From: Eledone cirrhosa
Taxonomy: Eukaryota
Assembly (NCBI GenBank): GCA_964016885.1
Contig: OZ024741.1
Span: 104,098,001-104,162,000 of the forward strand
Reading direction: 5' to 3'
Length of the DNA stretch: 64,000 bases
Made by a program: the position numbers and the translations under genes. The notes beneath the pieces were generated by a model. That model searched no databases. It saw only the letters and a program-made list of their open reading frames with translations, and was not told where the DNA came from. Positions 1-10,610 of the stretch are shown in pieces. The first letter of the stretch is position 1, and every line of letters starts with the position of its first letter.

Positions 1-387
1 TTCTCCAACCCATGCAAGTATGGAAAAACATATAAAAAATTATGGTGCTGGTGTTGATGATAATGGGGTGGGTAATGATGGTGATGGTAATGAAGTCTGT
101 TACGTCCGTTTTGTCATCTTCATTTTATGTCCGCTTTTCCATGTTTGCAAGTGTTGGATGAGATCTCTTTACTGACCGGCTTTTTTTACAGTCAGACGCC
201 CTTCTTAATGCCATCCCATACTTTATTTTAAGTAAGGCATATGCTTCTAAAGTTCTTTTAACTGCTTTACTATACTGCAGGAGACATCATTTATGCAGGA
301 CATAAATAACGCTAACTACAGCTGCTAGGAACGTGTGTTTGGGGTGGGGGGATTGAAGTGGGAAAGTTGAGAATAACTTAGGGAGTG

Positions 388-1160
388 CTAGTAGGTGGAG
401 GGGTAGGTCAGGTCACATTGTTTGCTGCAGGTCGGGCTTCTGCAGCACTGCATCGCGCTACCCTCACAGTCTTTAGTTAGTTCTGTTGTGAGGTTTATCT
501 TTTTAAGGTCAGTCCTTACACCATCATCCCATGTCTTCCTGGGTCTGCCTCTTCCACGGGTCCCAGCTACTGGAGTTTCTTTGCATTTCTTTATGCAGCC
601 GCTATCTTCCATGCACATTACATGACCATACAACGCAGTCTTCTCTCTTGCACAATACAACCAATTCCTCTTATGCCAAGTTTTTCCTTCAGTTTGCTTA
701 TGCTCTGTTGCACACTAACATTATGCATCCATCAGAGCATACTCAACTCATTTTTTTCTAGCCTTCGCAGGTCTTCTGCAGTCAAGGCCCATGCCTCACT
801 GGCTTGTAACATTGTGGTTTGCACACAGTCATCATACAGTCTACACTTCAGTCTAAGAGAAAAGCATTTTGTTGTTAGAAGTGGTAATAGATCTCATAAC
901 TTCTTCCATCCTGTTCTTGTCATAGCTACCACACTTTCAGTGCACCCCCTCTCTCCCCACTACTAATTTGATTGCCTAGGTAGCAAAAGCTGTCCACAAC
1001 TTCAAGAGAGTTCCCCTGACAGCTGAGGGAATCTAGTTCATGTATGTTTTTTGTACTTACTTCCCCTGTGCATCTGCTGTATATAAAGTTTCTGTTAGCC
1101 TGCCTGCAATCCCACTACATCTTTTGTGTGTCCATACTTTACATTGTGTGTACCTTATTG
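388..1160 (-). mobile_element. Degenerate 3' fragment of RTE-clade LINE (same family group as 10611-13626)
   Basis: Minus-strand peptides YGHVMCMEDSGCIKKC..GRGRPRKTWDD and CKVWTHKRCSGI match the C-terminus of the 795-aa RTE ORF; frames are broken. Confidence 0.85.
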
Positions 1161-1440
1161 AATTGCCATCAGCTGTAAAATACTTGGCCAAATTTATAGT
1201 CCTCACTGAAGCAAGGTGAAACGTGGCTAACCATGGCCAGACTTGCTTCTTGACATGGACGACCTGTCTAACACATGCAAGCATGGAAGAATTGACGCTA
1301 AATGGAAATGATGAATGAGTTAGACAATATCAAAGATTGGTGACAGTATTGTAACATGGTTGGTGAGTGTTGTGATATTATTGTGACAATGTCAGTTAGT
1401 TGATGACAATAATTATTCTTTAATTTTCTTTTCTTTGAAG

Positions 1441-1790
1441 ATTGAAAAGTCTGTTCGAAGTTTTCATCTGCCGATGCCAGACATGAATGAAATTACGCTG
1501 GGTTTCAATAATTTCAATGTTCCAAACCTTCCAAACTCTAAAAGTTCAGCAGCCAAGCCTGACATTAAGGAACCATTGCAAATTTATGAAGATGATCCCA
1601 AGACAATTCCTTTAGGACAAGGGATCAATAAAAACATGGTGTCCACACCATTTCATCCCTCATTAAATGTTTTCTCTCTGCCTGACATGTCCAACATCAG
1701 TCTAATTAGTGGCGTACCATGTGTGACCACAGAAAATACCATTATGATGGAGAAACCTACTGAAAACATTACCAGAACTGTTGCATTGAG
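1441..1790 (+). CDS. BUB1: BUB1/BUBR1-type kinase, internal exon (first in window; upstream exons lie outside)
   Basis: Pyrimidine tract + AG ending 1440, GTCAGT donor at 1791; encodes ..NMVSTPFHPS.. (Plk1-docking-like STPFH); ends phase 2 and joins 2581 to give LSPIKERSNE. Confidence 0.85.
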
Positions 1791-2580
1791 GTCAGTATAG
1801 GAACTTTTTATATTTAGCTCTTGCCTTCAATTTGTTTTTATGGACAACAGCATATTTTGAGACAAGGGTTTTTGAATTTGAAAGTGCAAATTTGTTAAAA
1901 CCCAACTGGTATCTTAGCATAAACCGACATTTGCCTTTTTCAATCAAAACTGCCAGAAACTGTCCCTAGTTCTGTGACACAAAGCTGTTTCTTTTAAAGT
2001 GTTTATATTTATATGTAAATTTTCCATCATAATTTTATGTAAGAATATTTAAGCTATAATCCAAACATGTTTAATTATGAGATAGTTTACTAAATCCTTC
2101 TAAATTCTTGATTTTCAAAATTTGAATATCAAAGGTTAATTATTTTTCTAACCCCCACCACATCCTGGATAGAGAGAGCTCTTCTGTTGGAAAATGATTG
2201 TCAATGTCTCTAATACTGGTACCATGAAAAATACACCCAGTACCCCCCCTCCCCCTAAAAGGACCTGGATGACTCTTTAGTTGTATCGAAGACATGACAA
2301 CCTCACTAGTGCTAGTGTCACAACAAAATACACTTGGTAAATCACTGGATCATATGTTAGTGAGATGCAGGCTCCCAGCCCATCTGCAAGGTCAGCAGCC
2401 CACTTGAATACTGACTCTGTCTAACCCTAGCTAGCTGGGAAAACGGATGTAAAATGATGATTGTAGTGGAAGGGTTAAGATTCTGGAACACATTGTTGAT
2501 CTGTGTGCTAATTTGTAGTTCAATGTTGATCCATGTATTAATTCTGTAGCTTATTGTTGGTCTATTTTCTAATTCTGTAG

Positions 2581-2897
2581 CCCAATTAAAGAGAGAAGCA
2601 ATGAAGGAACACATTCTAGTTTGGAAAATCGTACAGTGGAAGCTAGTCGTAATCACACCACCACAACCAACAACAACAACAACACCACCACCACCTCCAC
2701 CACCTCCACCACCAACAATAACACCAACCAGTTCAGTCAAGTATCTTCCAAACAGATTCTTATTGTTGATCCGTTTTGCAAGTTACATCAAAAGAAAGTT
2801 CTCAACAACCTTGCCGTGCCATTGGAAGATTATCGTGCCTTCCATTCTTTAAATGAAGTCCTGCCATTGCTGCGAACAAACCTTCAAGTTGAGATTG
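2581..2897 (+). CDS. BUB1: BUB1 exon: KARD motif, T/N-rich linker, N-terminal kinase extension
   Basis: ttctgtAG acceptor, GTGAGT donor at 2898; SPIKERSNEGTHSS...ILIVDPF...LQVEIG; phases 2/1 fit neighbours. Confidence 0.9.
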
Positions 2898-3186
2898 GTG
2901 AGTTGTTGAATCTTAATGGAAATAGTTTAAAAAAAAAATTTTTTTTTTTTTTAGATAAATGAACTGTCATCCAACCCTTTCTGGCAAGGAAAGTTGACGT
3001 TAAATGATGTGTGGTTGGTCAGTTAATATTAATTTTGCTGACCACTGCATTCCATGTTAGTGTGGAGAATTGGGCTACTGTTGCTGCTGCTGCTATTAGT
3101 ACTGGTACTGCTATTGTTGCTGCTGTTAATATTACTACTACTACTGCTGCTGATATTTATTTTTTGTGTCTGGTTTTGTATTTCAG

Positions 3187-3305
3187 GATTCTCAAGAGGA
3201 GTTATAGAAAAACAGGTGGCTAAAGGTGGCAATGGTCAGATATTCAAGTTAAGTACCGATTGTAGCGTGGATATGGAAACTGGAGTAGCTGATGTAGCCC
3301 TCAAG
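3187..3305 (+). CDS. BUB1: BUB1 exon: Gly-rich loop and VAxK lysine
   Basis: tttcAG acceptor, GTAAC donor; GFSRGVIEKQVAKGGNGQIFK...DVALK. Confidence 0.9.
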
Positions 3306-3339
3306 GTAACACATGGTTTATAATTCATTAATGTTTGGT

Positions 3340-3680
3340 AGAGCATCAGACACCATGTTTTGCAGCATAGTTATGGCTCTTTACGTTCTGAGCTCAAATC
3401 CTTCTGAGGTTAGCTTTGCCTTTCATCCTTACTGGGTCGATAAAATAAAGTACTAGTAATACACTGGGGTAATTGCTGGCCTTGTGCCAAAAGTAGAAGC
3501 AATTAATGTTATTAATGCTGACTCTTTTATTGCTGTAATGGTTTCTAACATCAGTTTAGTGAAGGCGTGTGGCTTAGTGGTTAAAGAGTTGAATTTGCAA
3601 TTGTGAGGTTGTGAGTTCAATTCTCGGACTGGGTGATGCATTGTGTCTTGGAGCAACATGAAATAAAGTGTCTTGCTCAT
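3340..3680 (+). mobile_element. Two adjacent tRNA-derived SINEs (family 1 ~3340-3505; family 2 ~3561-3680)
   Basis: Family 1 core gcctttcatcctt..ggtcgataaaataaagtac; family 2 head ggcttagtggttaaag..gagttcaattct. Both recur many times in the window. Confidence 0.75.
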
Positions 3681-4243
3681 TCTGCCAAGGAGTTGCGATT
3701 GGTAGATAGTATCAGCAATGAAAAGACCAATGGAAACAAACGTTTCCTTGGTCCGATTTGACGAGGTCCACCACACTTGGCAAGTGAATAAGGTTTGGGA
3801 TCTTGTCGATCGATCAGAGCGAGCAAGTTCCTAAAACACAGTTTAGAGTAATTTGGTTTTATTAACTCTGACCTTTTTACTTGTGTAGCAGTTTGTTTCA
3901 TTTAGCATTCTATTGTGATATTTTGGTTTAGTTAGGGTAGAAGGTAGCAATTACCATAATCTTCACATCAGGCCCTCTCAAACTGGTGCAATATTTACAG
4001 CACTCCTAACCTCCAACTTCCCACACTAGTATGGTCTTCACAAAACCTCCCTCTAAACTGTCTCTTTATCTGTCTAATAAAGCCTGTTAATGACCAAACA
4101 TCTAAATGCTTTCCCTTCATTGATCTTTAGTCCAAAGAAACCATAGCCTATCATTTCTGCTCTAGATCTTATTTTTTGGGGAAAGTTGACACATGAATTC
4201 CTCAGAGTATCTCCTTAAATCTAAACTGATGTCATCTTTATAG

Positions 4244-4330
4244 GTAATGAAATCCAACAATTTCTGGGAGTTTTACATTTGCCATGAAATCCAGGAACGG
4301 CTCAAGAAATTTCCAAATGCTATTCAAATG
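4244..4330 (+). CDS. BUB1: BUB1 exon: alphaC helix
   Basis: tttatAG / GTAACT; VMKSNNFWEFYICHEIQERLK matches the Bub1 KVQKPANPWEFYI..L.ERL pattern. Confidence 0.93.
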
Positions 4331-4833
4331 GTAACTGATTTTCTTATAATTGTTTTTATGGCCTCTAAACTTTGTTTTATTTACACTGTATGTTTGTGTA
4401 TAAGTTGCATGTTGGTTTTCCATGTGTTTTTATAGGAAAATATAAGTTAATGTCTATTTTTTCACGCTTGCATGGGTTAGGTGGTTGTCACGTCATATGG
4501 ATCTGTATTTTGGCTTGGTTTCTACATCTAGATGCCCTTCCTAATGCCAACCACGATATATCATCATTGTTTTAATGTCCGCTTTCCCTGTTAGTAAGAG
4601 TTGGACGGATCTACATGGACCAAGTAAGTACTGAAGTGGGGCGACTGACCCCCCAGACACGCTAGGGATCTGTCATCTTGCTTATGTACACTCTCATGTT
4701 CTATCGAGTGCATAGGAGAGGGTGTCATGCCTTCCACACAATTGAAGGGTCCTCTCAACCCTTTATTTGGCAAACTTTCTACAGCTGGGTGCTCTTTCTA
4801 TATATACATGATTTCATTTGTTATCAAATTTAA

Positions 4834-5038
4834 CCCTTTAGCATTTAAACCAGCCATATCTGGCCAGACTTCTCTTACCTCTTTCTGTTCAAATTGGCTG
4901 CAACTGGCTGCTCATACTTATGTTAAGTTATTGTTCTCAAAATAAATATCAAAATCTTGTAGATTCGATATTATGTGAGATAAAGCCTTTACCACAAAAA
5001 TACAATAGTATATATAGAGTAATATAAATGCTAAAAGG
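4834..5038. mobile_element. piggyBac-family MITE
   Basis: TTAA flanks (4830-33, 5039-42); TIR CCCTTTAGCATTTA..TAAATGCTAAAAGG, matching the TIR of 5882-7317. Confidence 0.75.
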
Positions 5039-5487
5039 TTAAGAAAGCATTTGTTACTATGACTTTTATCACACTGTGTACACACATATGCACGCAAAGT
5101 GAGACAGGCAGAACTGGTTGACTTAGCATTGGGGAAATTTGATGAAATGTGTGTGCAACCAAAACAAATGACTATAATAACAGTTGATCACTATAAATCA
5201 TAATCAAGAAAATCAGTTAAAGGAGTTCTGGAGATGGAAAAAAGAAAAGTATGAATTGCAAATCAAGAAACATAATCTAGTGTGCTAACTTCCCACCATG
5301 TGAAGAGCACTTACACTGGAGAAAATTGGGACAGCATGGAATATAAATGTTATTGCGACACGAGTAACATAATAATGATGTCAACAGCAGAAATTAGAGA
5401 TGAAATGTATGTTTATTTTTGTTGTAGCACAAATAATGTTCGTTAACCTGTATGCTTGAAGTTACACAAAAATGAGGTTACAAAAGG

Positions 5488-5759
5488 GAATGTGCCATTG
5501 TGCCAGGCCCAAGGAAGGCTGGCAGGCCAAAGTGCAAAATCTCACCGTTACATGTTGGCTAGTGATTTCATGAAGAAAGAAAGTTAGTTGTTTACCTTTT
5601 AACAGTCCGGAAGCGAGAGGCTGATTCTTCAAATCAACGCGGGAACTTTTCCCTCAGGGCGCGCAGAGATACATTCTCCTCCACCGGCGCTGACCAGCCG
5701 AGCTGAGCCAAATCACGCACAGAGAATGTATGTGAGCCCGCGGAACGTAGGTCACGACA
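5488..5759. mobile_element. Partial, diverged copy of the Ginger-type MITE at 22635-23200
   Basis: 5598-5759 resembles the ~165-bp TIR ending GTAGGTCACGACA; 5488-5550 is the reverse complement of 22818-22880. Confidence 0.7.
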
Positions 5760-5881
5760 GGTCTATATGACAGAGTAAGGGTCTATAAACAAATTAGGGA
5801 CCCCTCTGCCAGAAACACTACATGCAGTAAACACTTTGCAATATGTGAAAAGGGAAAATTCGTGATTTTCCCCTATTTTAA

Positions 5882-7317
5882 CCCTTTAGCATTCAAACCG
5901 ACAAGATTATGTCCCCTTTCATTTATTCAAACCGACAAAAACCGACATTTAATAACACACGGAGATCTCCTTCTAAAAATAAACATTGACATCATCGAAA
6001 TCTCGTCAATTCGAGATTAATGCGAGATAAAGCCCTTACGCACGAAAATTAACTCTTAGTATAGTTAAAGAACTTGCGAAAACATGTGTTTTTAACGTTG
6101 AAAGTGTAACATGGCTTCCGAAAGTAGCGACAACGAATTTGAAGGTTTTACGTCCGACGACATTCGAGATCAGAAAGAAACAGAAGATAATATCAGTGAT
6201 TTATTAACGAATCAGATATATTTATTTCTGATATATCTGATAGTCACTTTGAAAGTGAAAGAGAAGATTTGACTGACACCATTGAAAAAACACCAACGTG
6301 GTTGAAAGAAACAACATCGATATAGGTTTCGGATTTTACTGAAAATATTGGACCACAACACACATTACCACCCGATGCTAAAGCACTGGATTATTTTTTA
6401 TTTTTACCACAAACTTTCTTCGAAGTTGTGGCAAATCGCTATGCACAATGACAAATTTCTAACATCGGAAAACCTGATCTGTTATGGCGTCCGACAGATT
6501 CTGCCGAAATGAAAGCATTTTTTACCATAAATATTATGTTTGGTATTAAACAATTTCCACGACTGTGGAATTATTGGAGTACTGATATAAGGTTTGGTGA
6601 CCCTTATATATCTAGTATTATGGCAAAAACGAGATTCATCAAATTAAACCAGTATTTGCACCTGGTTCATACTTCAAATGCCCCTGGTAGAAATGAATCA
6701 AATTACGACCCACTGTACACGACCATTAATTGAAATGTCAGAAAAATTTAAAGTGTGTATAAACTTATATATTGGGAACTTTCTGTTACATAATTTTACA
6801 CCGTACATTTACAGAGTACATTGCCAATATTATTTTGACTGGTGAAAGGGTTTTATACATTTTTTTTCAATGAAAATATTTGCCTGGAATGTAGAGAAAG
6901 ACTAAAACCTTGTACTGATTACACCTGCATTTTTAATTAATTCACCTGTTCGGAAAACTGCTAGAATTGATGGAAATCAGCATCTAGATCATTATTGGAT
7001 TTTTTTTGAAACAAATCTAACAGATAAGGCAGATAAAGTTTAAATTTTTGTGTTTATCCATAAAGTTATTACTTTTACACCTGTTAATTAATTTCACCTG
7101 CCCATAAAAGTCAAATTTAATAAAAAAAATCGGGTAAAAATATATAATTGTAAATTATAGTTATTTAAACATCTACTGACAAAATTTCAAGTCTGCACAT
7201 AGAAAATTAAAGTAATTACAAACAAATAAAATTGATAACCCTCTTGAGTATAATTAAGTGAAAATAATGCGAATAGATGAACATGACATTTGACAATTCA
7301 ATGTGAATGCTAAAGGG
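5882..7317 (+). mobile_element. Internally deleted piggyBac DNA transposon with decayed transposase N-terminus
   Basis: TTAA|CCCTTTAGCATTCA...TGAATGCTAAAGGG|TTAA; acidic N-terminus from ~6111 and EMKAFF..NIMFGI..YWSTD..IMAKTRF..LH..DPLY (PGBD-like) with stops and frameshifts. Confidence 0.9.
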
Positions 7318-8294
7318 TTAAGATATGGTCACAAAACAAACATTTCCAAAAATACAAACAAAAACTGAATAAAAAAAATGGCAGATCATCTCTTGGAAAT
7401 GGTGATTTCAAAGTCTCGTATATAAAAAAATCCAGATAATCAAGTAGATGTTGAGGACACTGACACTTTCAAATATTTAATCATTGGAGAGGAGTACAGC
7501 CCCAGAAAGTTTACAAGGACTTACAGAATATCAACCACCAGTGATGTCTTTTTCTTTTTTCAAATATATATAATCTCATACATTTTATATCATCATCATT
7601 TTACGTCCGCTCTTCCCTGCTTGCAATATATGAGAGAGAGTGAGTGAGATGTGATTCTGATAAGAGTGTACAAGATGGAGGAGTGGATGAGATAAATTTC
7701 ATAAAAATAGAAGAAACTGATGATTTAAAAGTTTGTAGAAACAGCAAGACCTTATTGAAGTTTGTGAAAGTTGATTTGATTGATATTAAATATATCAACA
7801 GTTTTCTCTGTAGTATTGGACTTAAAGTATTTGTTAAAAAGTAAAATCTGCCTCATGTCCAGTGGTTCATTAAGCTGGAGATTATCCTAGTTTAATGTGG
7901 CTTTAAGCAACTGAGAGTAAAATGTTTTCCCCTGGATAAGACACCAGTTCACCACAGGGCCAGTCACCAACTGTAGTTGCTGGTAATAGTTGCGAGCTGA
8001 ATGAACTAGAGCAATGTAAAATGAAGTGCCTTGCTTTGGGGTAACACCATCTGATTCAGGAATTCAACCTATAACCATGCCATTGTGAGATCAATACCCT
8101 AACCTCTAGGTCAAGGCGCCTTCACTATTTTTGTTTAGCAATTTATATAAAAATAATGGACTAGATTTTGTAAAAAATATTTTAACATTGGATATTATTT
8201 ATATGCTTGAATCTTGTGACCCCTGACCTCTATATATGTCAATTTTGACCTCTGTTGCCTCTCAACTTAATGTTCTTCTGTATTTCTTTATCAG

Positions 8295-8384
8295 GCATCA
8301 TGTTATTCCTCTGTGAAAGATGGCTATTTCTACAACAATGGCAGTATATTGATAACTCCTTTCTACAAGGATGGCACCTTGTTG
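8295..8384 (+). CDS. BUB1: BUB1 exon: beta4-beta5/hinge (not in ORF track)
   Basis: ttatcAG / GTATGT, 90 nt phase 0; ASCYSSVKDGYFYNNGSILITPFYKDGTLL matches Bub1 ..FQNGSVLV..Y.YGTLL. Confidence 0.92.
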
Positions 8385-8450
8385 GTATGTATAGACTAGA
8401 GTGAACATGTATGTGTGTGTATTTGTGTGAAGTCACACATGGTTATCCAA

Positions 8451-8880
8451 TTTCATATTGAGAAATTTTCCTTGCATGGAGAGTGCCTGGCTCCGAAACT
8501 GGGGTGTTGCTGTGAGAGGGGGTTCGAGGCAGCCAACTGACCTGTCCCTTCTCGTGGTGTCACCCAGTGCCAGGCTCTGAAACTGTAGTACCGCTATGAG
8601 ATGGGTTCGGTGCGGCCAACTGGCTGTCTTTCCTCATAGCAGTGCCATCCAGTCCCAGGCTGCCAGAGTCTGGTTTCATATTGAGAAGTTCAGTCGTGTG
8701 GAGAGTGTCCGGCTTCGAAACTGGGGTGTTGCTTAGAGAGGGGTTCAGAGCAGCCAACTGGTCTGTCTTATCTCATAGTGGTGACACTCAGTCCTGGGCT
8801 CTGAATCCGTGGTTCTGCTGTGAGATGGGTTCGGCACGGTCAACTGACCTGTCTCTCATAACAGGGCCATCCAGTTCCAC
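8451..8880. repeat. GC-rich ~222-bp tandem duplication with ~70-bp internal subunits
   Basis: tttcatattgagaa..gaaactggggtgttgct at 8451 and 8673; gggttcg..gccaactg subunit occurs four times. Confidence 0.75.
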
Positions 8881-9077
8881 ACTGTAAATGTGGTTAGTGT
8901 TAGGAAGGGCATCCAGCTGTAAAATACCCAGCCAAATTTATAGACTTCGCTGGAGCAAGGTGTGACATATGGCCAACTCTGGCCAGAATTGCCTCCCAGC
9001 ATGGATGACCTGTCTAACCCATGCAAGTGTGGAAAAATTTACGTTAAACAGTGATGATGACATATATAGTATATATA

Positions 9078-9113
<36 letters not shown>

Positions 9114-9211
9114 ATAATAATAAATTTGAAGACTAAAATCCAAAGAGGGCTCGATAAGGATAAATATATATCAAATATATAAGAATCGTAGAGCAAATAT
9201 TTATTAAAATA

Positions 9212-9284
9212 ACAGATTAAAGTTTAAGCAAAGAATCGCTTTCACCCTTAACGGGATCTTCTGAAACTAACAAAGTCAATCTGT
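9212..9284 (-). ncRNA. Hammerhead ribozyme-like fold (U4A variant), inverted copy with 3-nt deletion in stem III
   Basis: Reverse complement of 10518-10593. Confidence 0.5.
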
Positions 9285-10517
9285 AAACGCAGAAGTGGAT
9301 ATTTCAAAGAACGTTGCAACCGGAGGAAGACAGGAAGACGATACTTTGGTTCGTGGAAACGTTCCCTATGCAAATAAGTAATGGTATAAACATAACATAT
9401 ACTTAGCTACCACATCAAGAGGTAAAATATCCACATATAGATCGTACTATCCGTTAGGGTATAATGTGGGGCTGTAATACAGGAAAGTTTTGTGCAATTT
9501 ATGTTTACAAGCCGAATTTGCCTCAGATTTTTTGTTTAAGATGTGGTCTTTTCCCGTCTATCTACTAACGAGCATATTTTCAACGACCATTCCACTTATT
9601 ACAATGAAGCTCTTGCTCGGAGTGGATTTGTTGATAAGGTAGCATATACAGAGTACGAGAATAGACCTAGAAGAAATAGATCCCGTCGCATTATATGGTA
9701 TAACCCACCATATAATATGGAGGTGGCCACACCATTAGCTAAGATCTTTCTATCCCTTATTACGAAGCATTTTCCCCCTACACATAAAATAGTAAAATTT
9801 TTAATAGAAATACTATTAAAATTTCTTACTCTACGACTTCTAATCTTGCACATAACATCACAGCTTCAAATTTAGCTAAACTAGCTAGCCGTAGGAACAC
9901 ATGCAACCCTGTAGTTAGTACTAACTGTAATTGTAGGAATCGGGTTGATTGCCCCCTATCCGGGAAATGCCTCTCTAGTAACATTGTCTACAAATGTAAG
10001 GTTGAAACACCCACGTCCCGTAGGGCCGCCAATAGATTAGGGTTAACCGCCAATAGATTCAAGCAGCGTCTTTACATGCATACCCATTCTTTTCGTTACC
10101 CTCTAAGAAGGAATATGACGTCACTTTCAGCTTATATCTGGAGTCTAATAGACAACCACACCCAATATAAGTTAAACTGGGAGATCCTAGCTAGGGCTAG
10201 ATCGTATAACGGAAATAAAAGACCATGTGACCTCTGCGCAGGAAATACTCTACGCCACAGACCACATCTTAAACAAAAAATCTGAGGCAATTTCGGCTTG
10301 TAAACATAAATTGCACAAAACTTTCCTGTATTACAGCCCCACATTATACCCTAACGGATAGTACGATCTATACGTGGATATTTTACGTCTTGATGTGGTA
10401 GCTAAGTATATGTTATACCATTACTTATTTGCATAGGGAACGTTTCCACGAACCAAAGTATCGTCTTCCTGTCTTCCTCCGGTTGCAATGTTTTTTGAAA
10501 TATCCACTTCTGCGTTT

Positions 10518-10593
10518 ACAGATTGACTTTGTTAGTTTCAGAAGATCCCGTTAAGGGTGAAAGCAGCGATTCTTTGCTTAAACTTTAATCTGT
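10518..10593 (+). ncRNA. Type I hammerhead ribozyme-like fold with CAGAAGA core
   Basis: Stem I AGTTT/AAACT plus distal ACAGATTGA/TTAATCTGT; core CAGAAGA; stem II CCC-gttaa-GGG; GAAA; stem III GCAG/TTGC; CUU site after 10579; located in a PLE pLTR. Confidence 0.65.
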
Positions 10594-10610
10594 TATTTTA
10601 ATAAATATAT

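Larger units (their letters stand above)
9113..10607 (+). mobile_element. 5'-truncated Penelope-like element with inverted pseudo-LTR
   Basis: Broken ORF ..RRIIWYNPPYN..KHFP.., CNCRNR..CPL.G.CL..NIVYKC, W.IL.RA..Y..C.LC (GIY-YIG region); 9197-9549 is the reverse complement of 10259-10607; (TA)n flank. Confidence 0.88.

Noticed and set aside
2357-3232. Poly-Gly/Val, poly-Pro and poly-Leu ORFs
   Set aside because: Alternative frames of trinucleotide microsatellites in or next to BUB1 exons.
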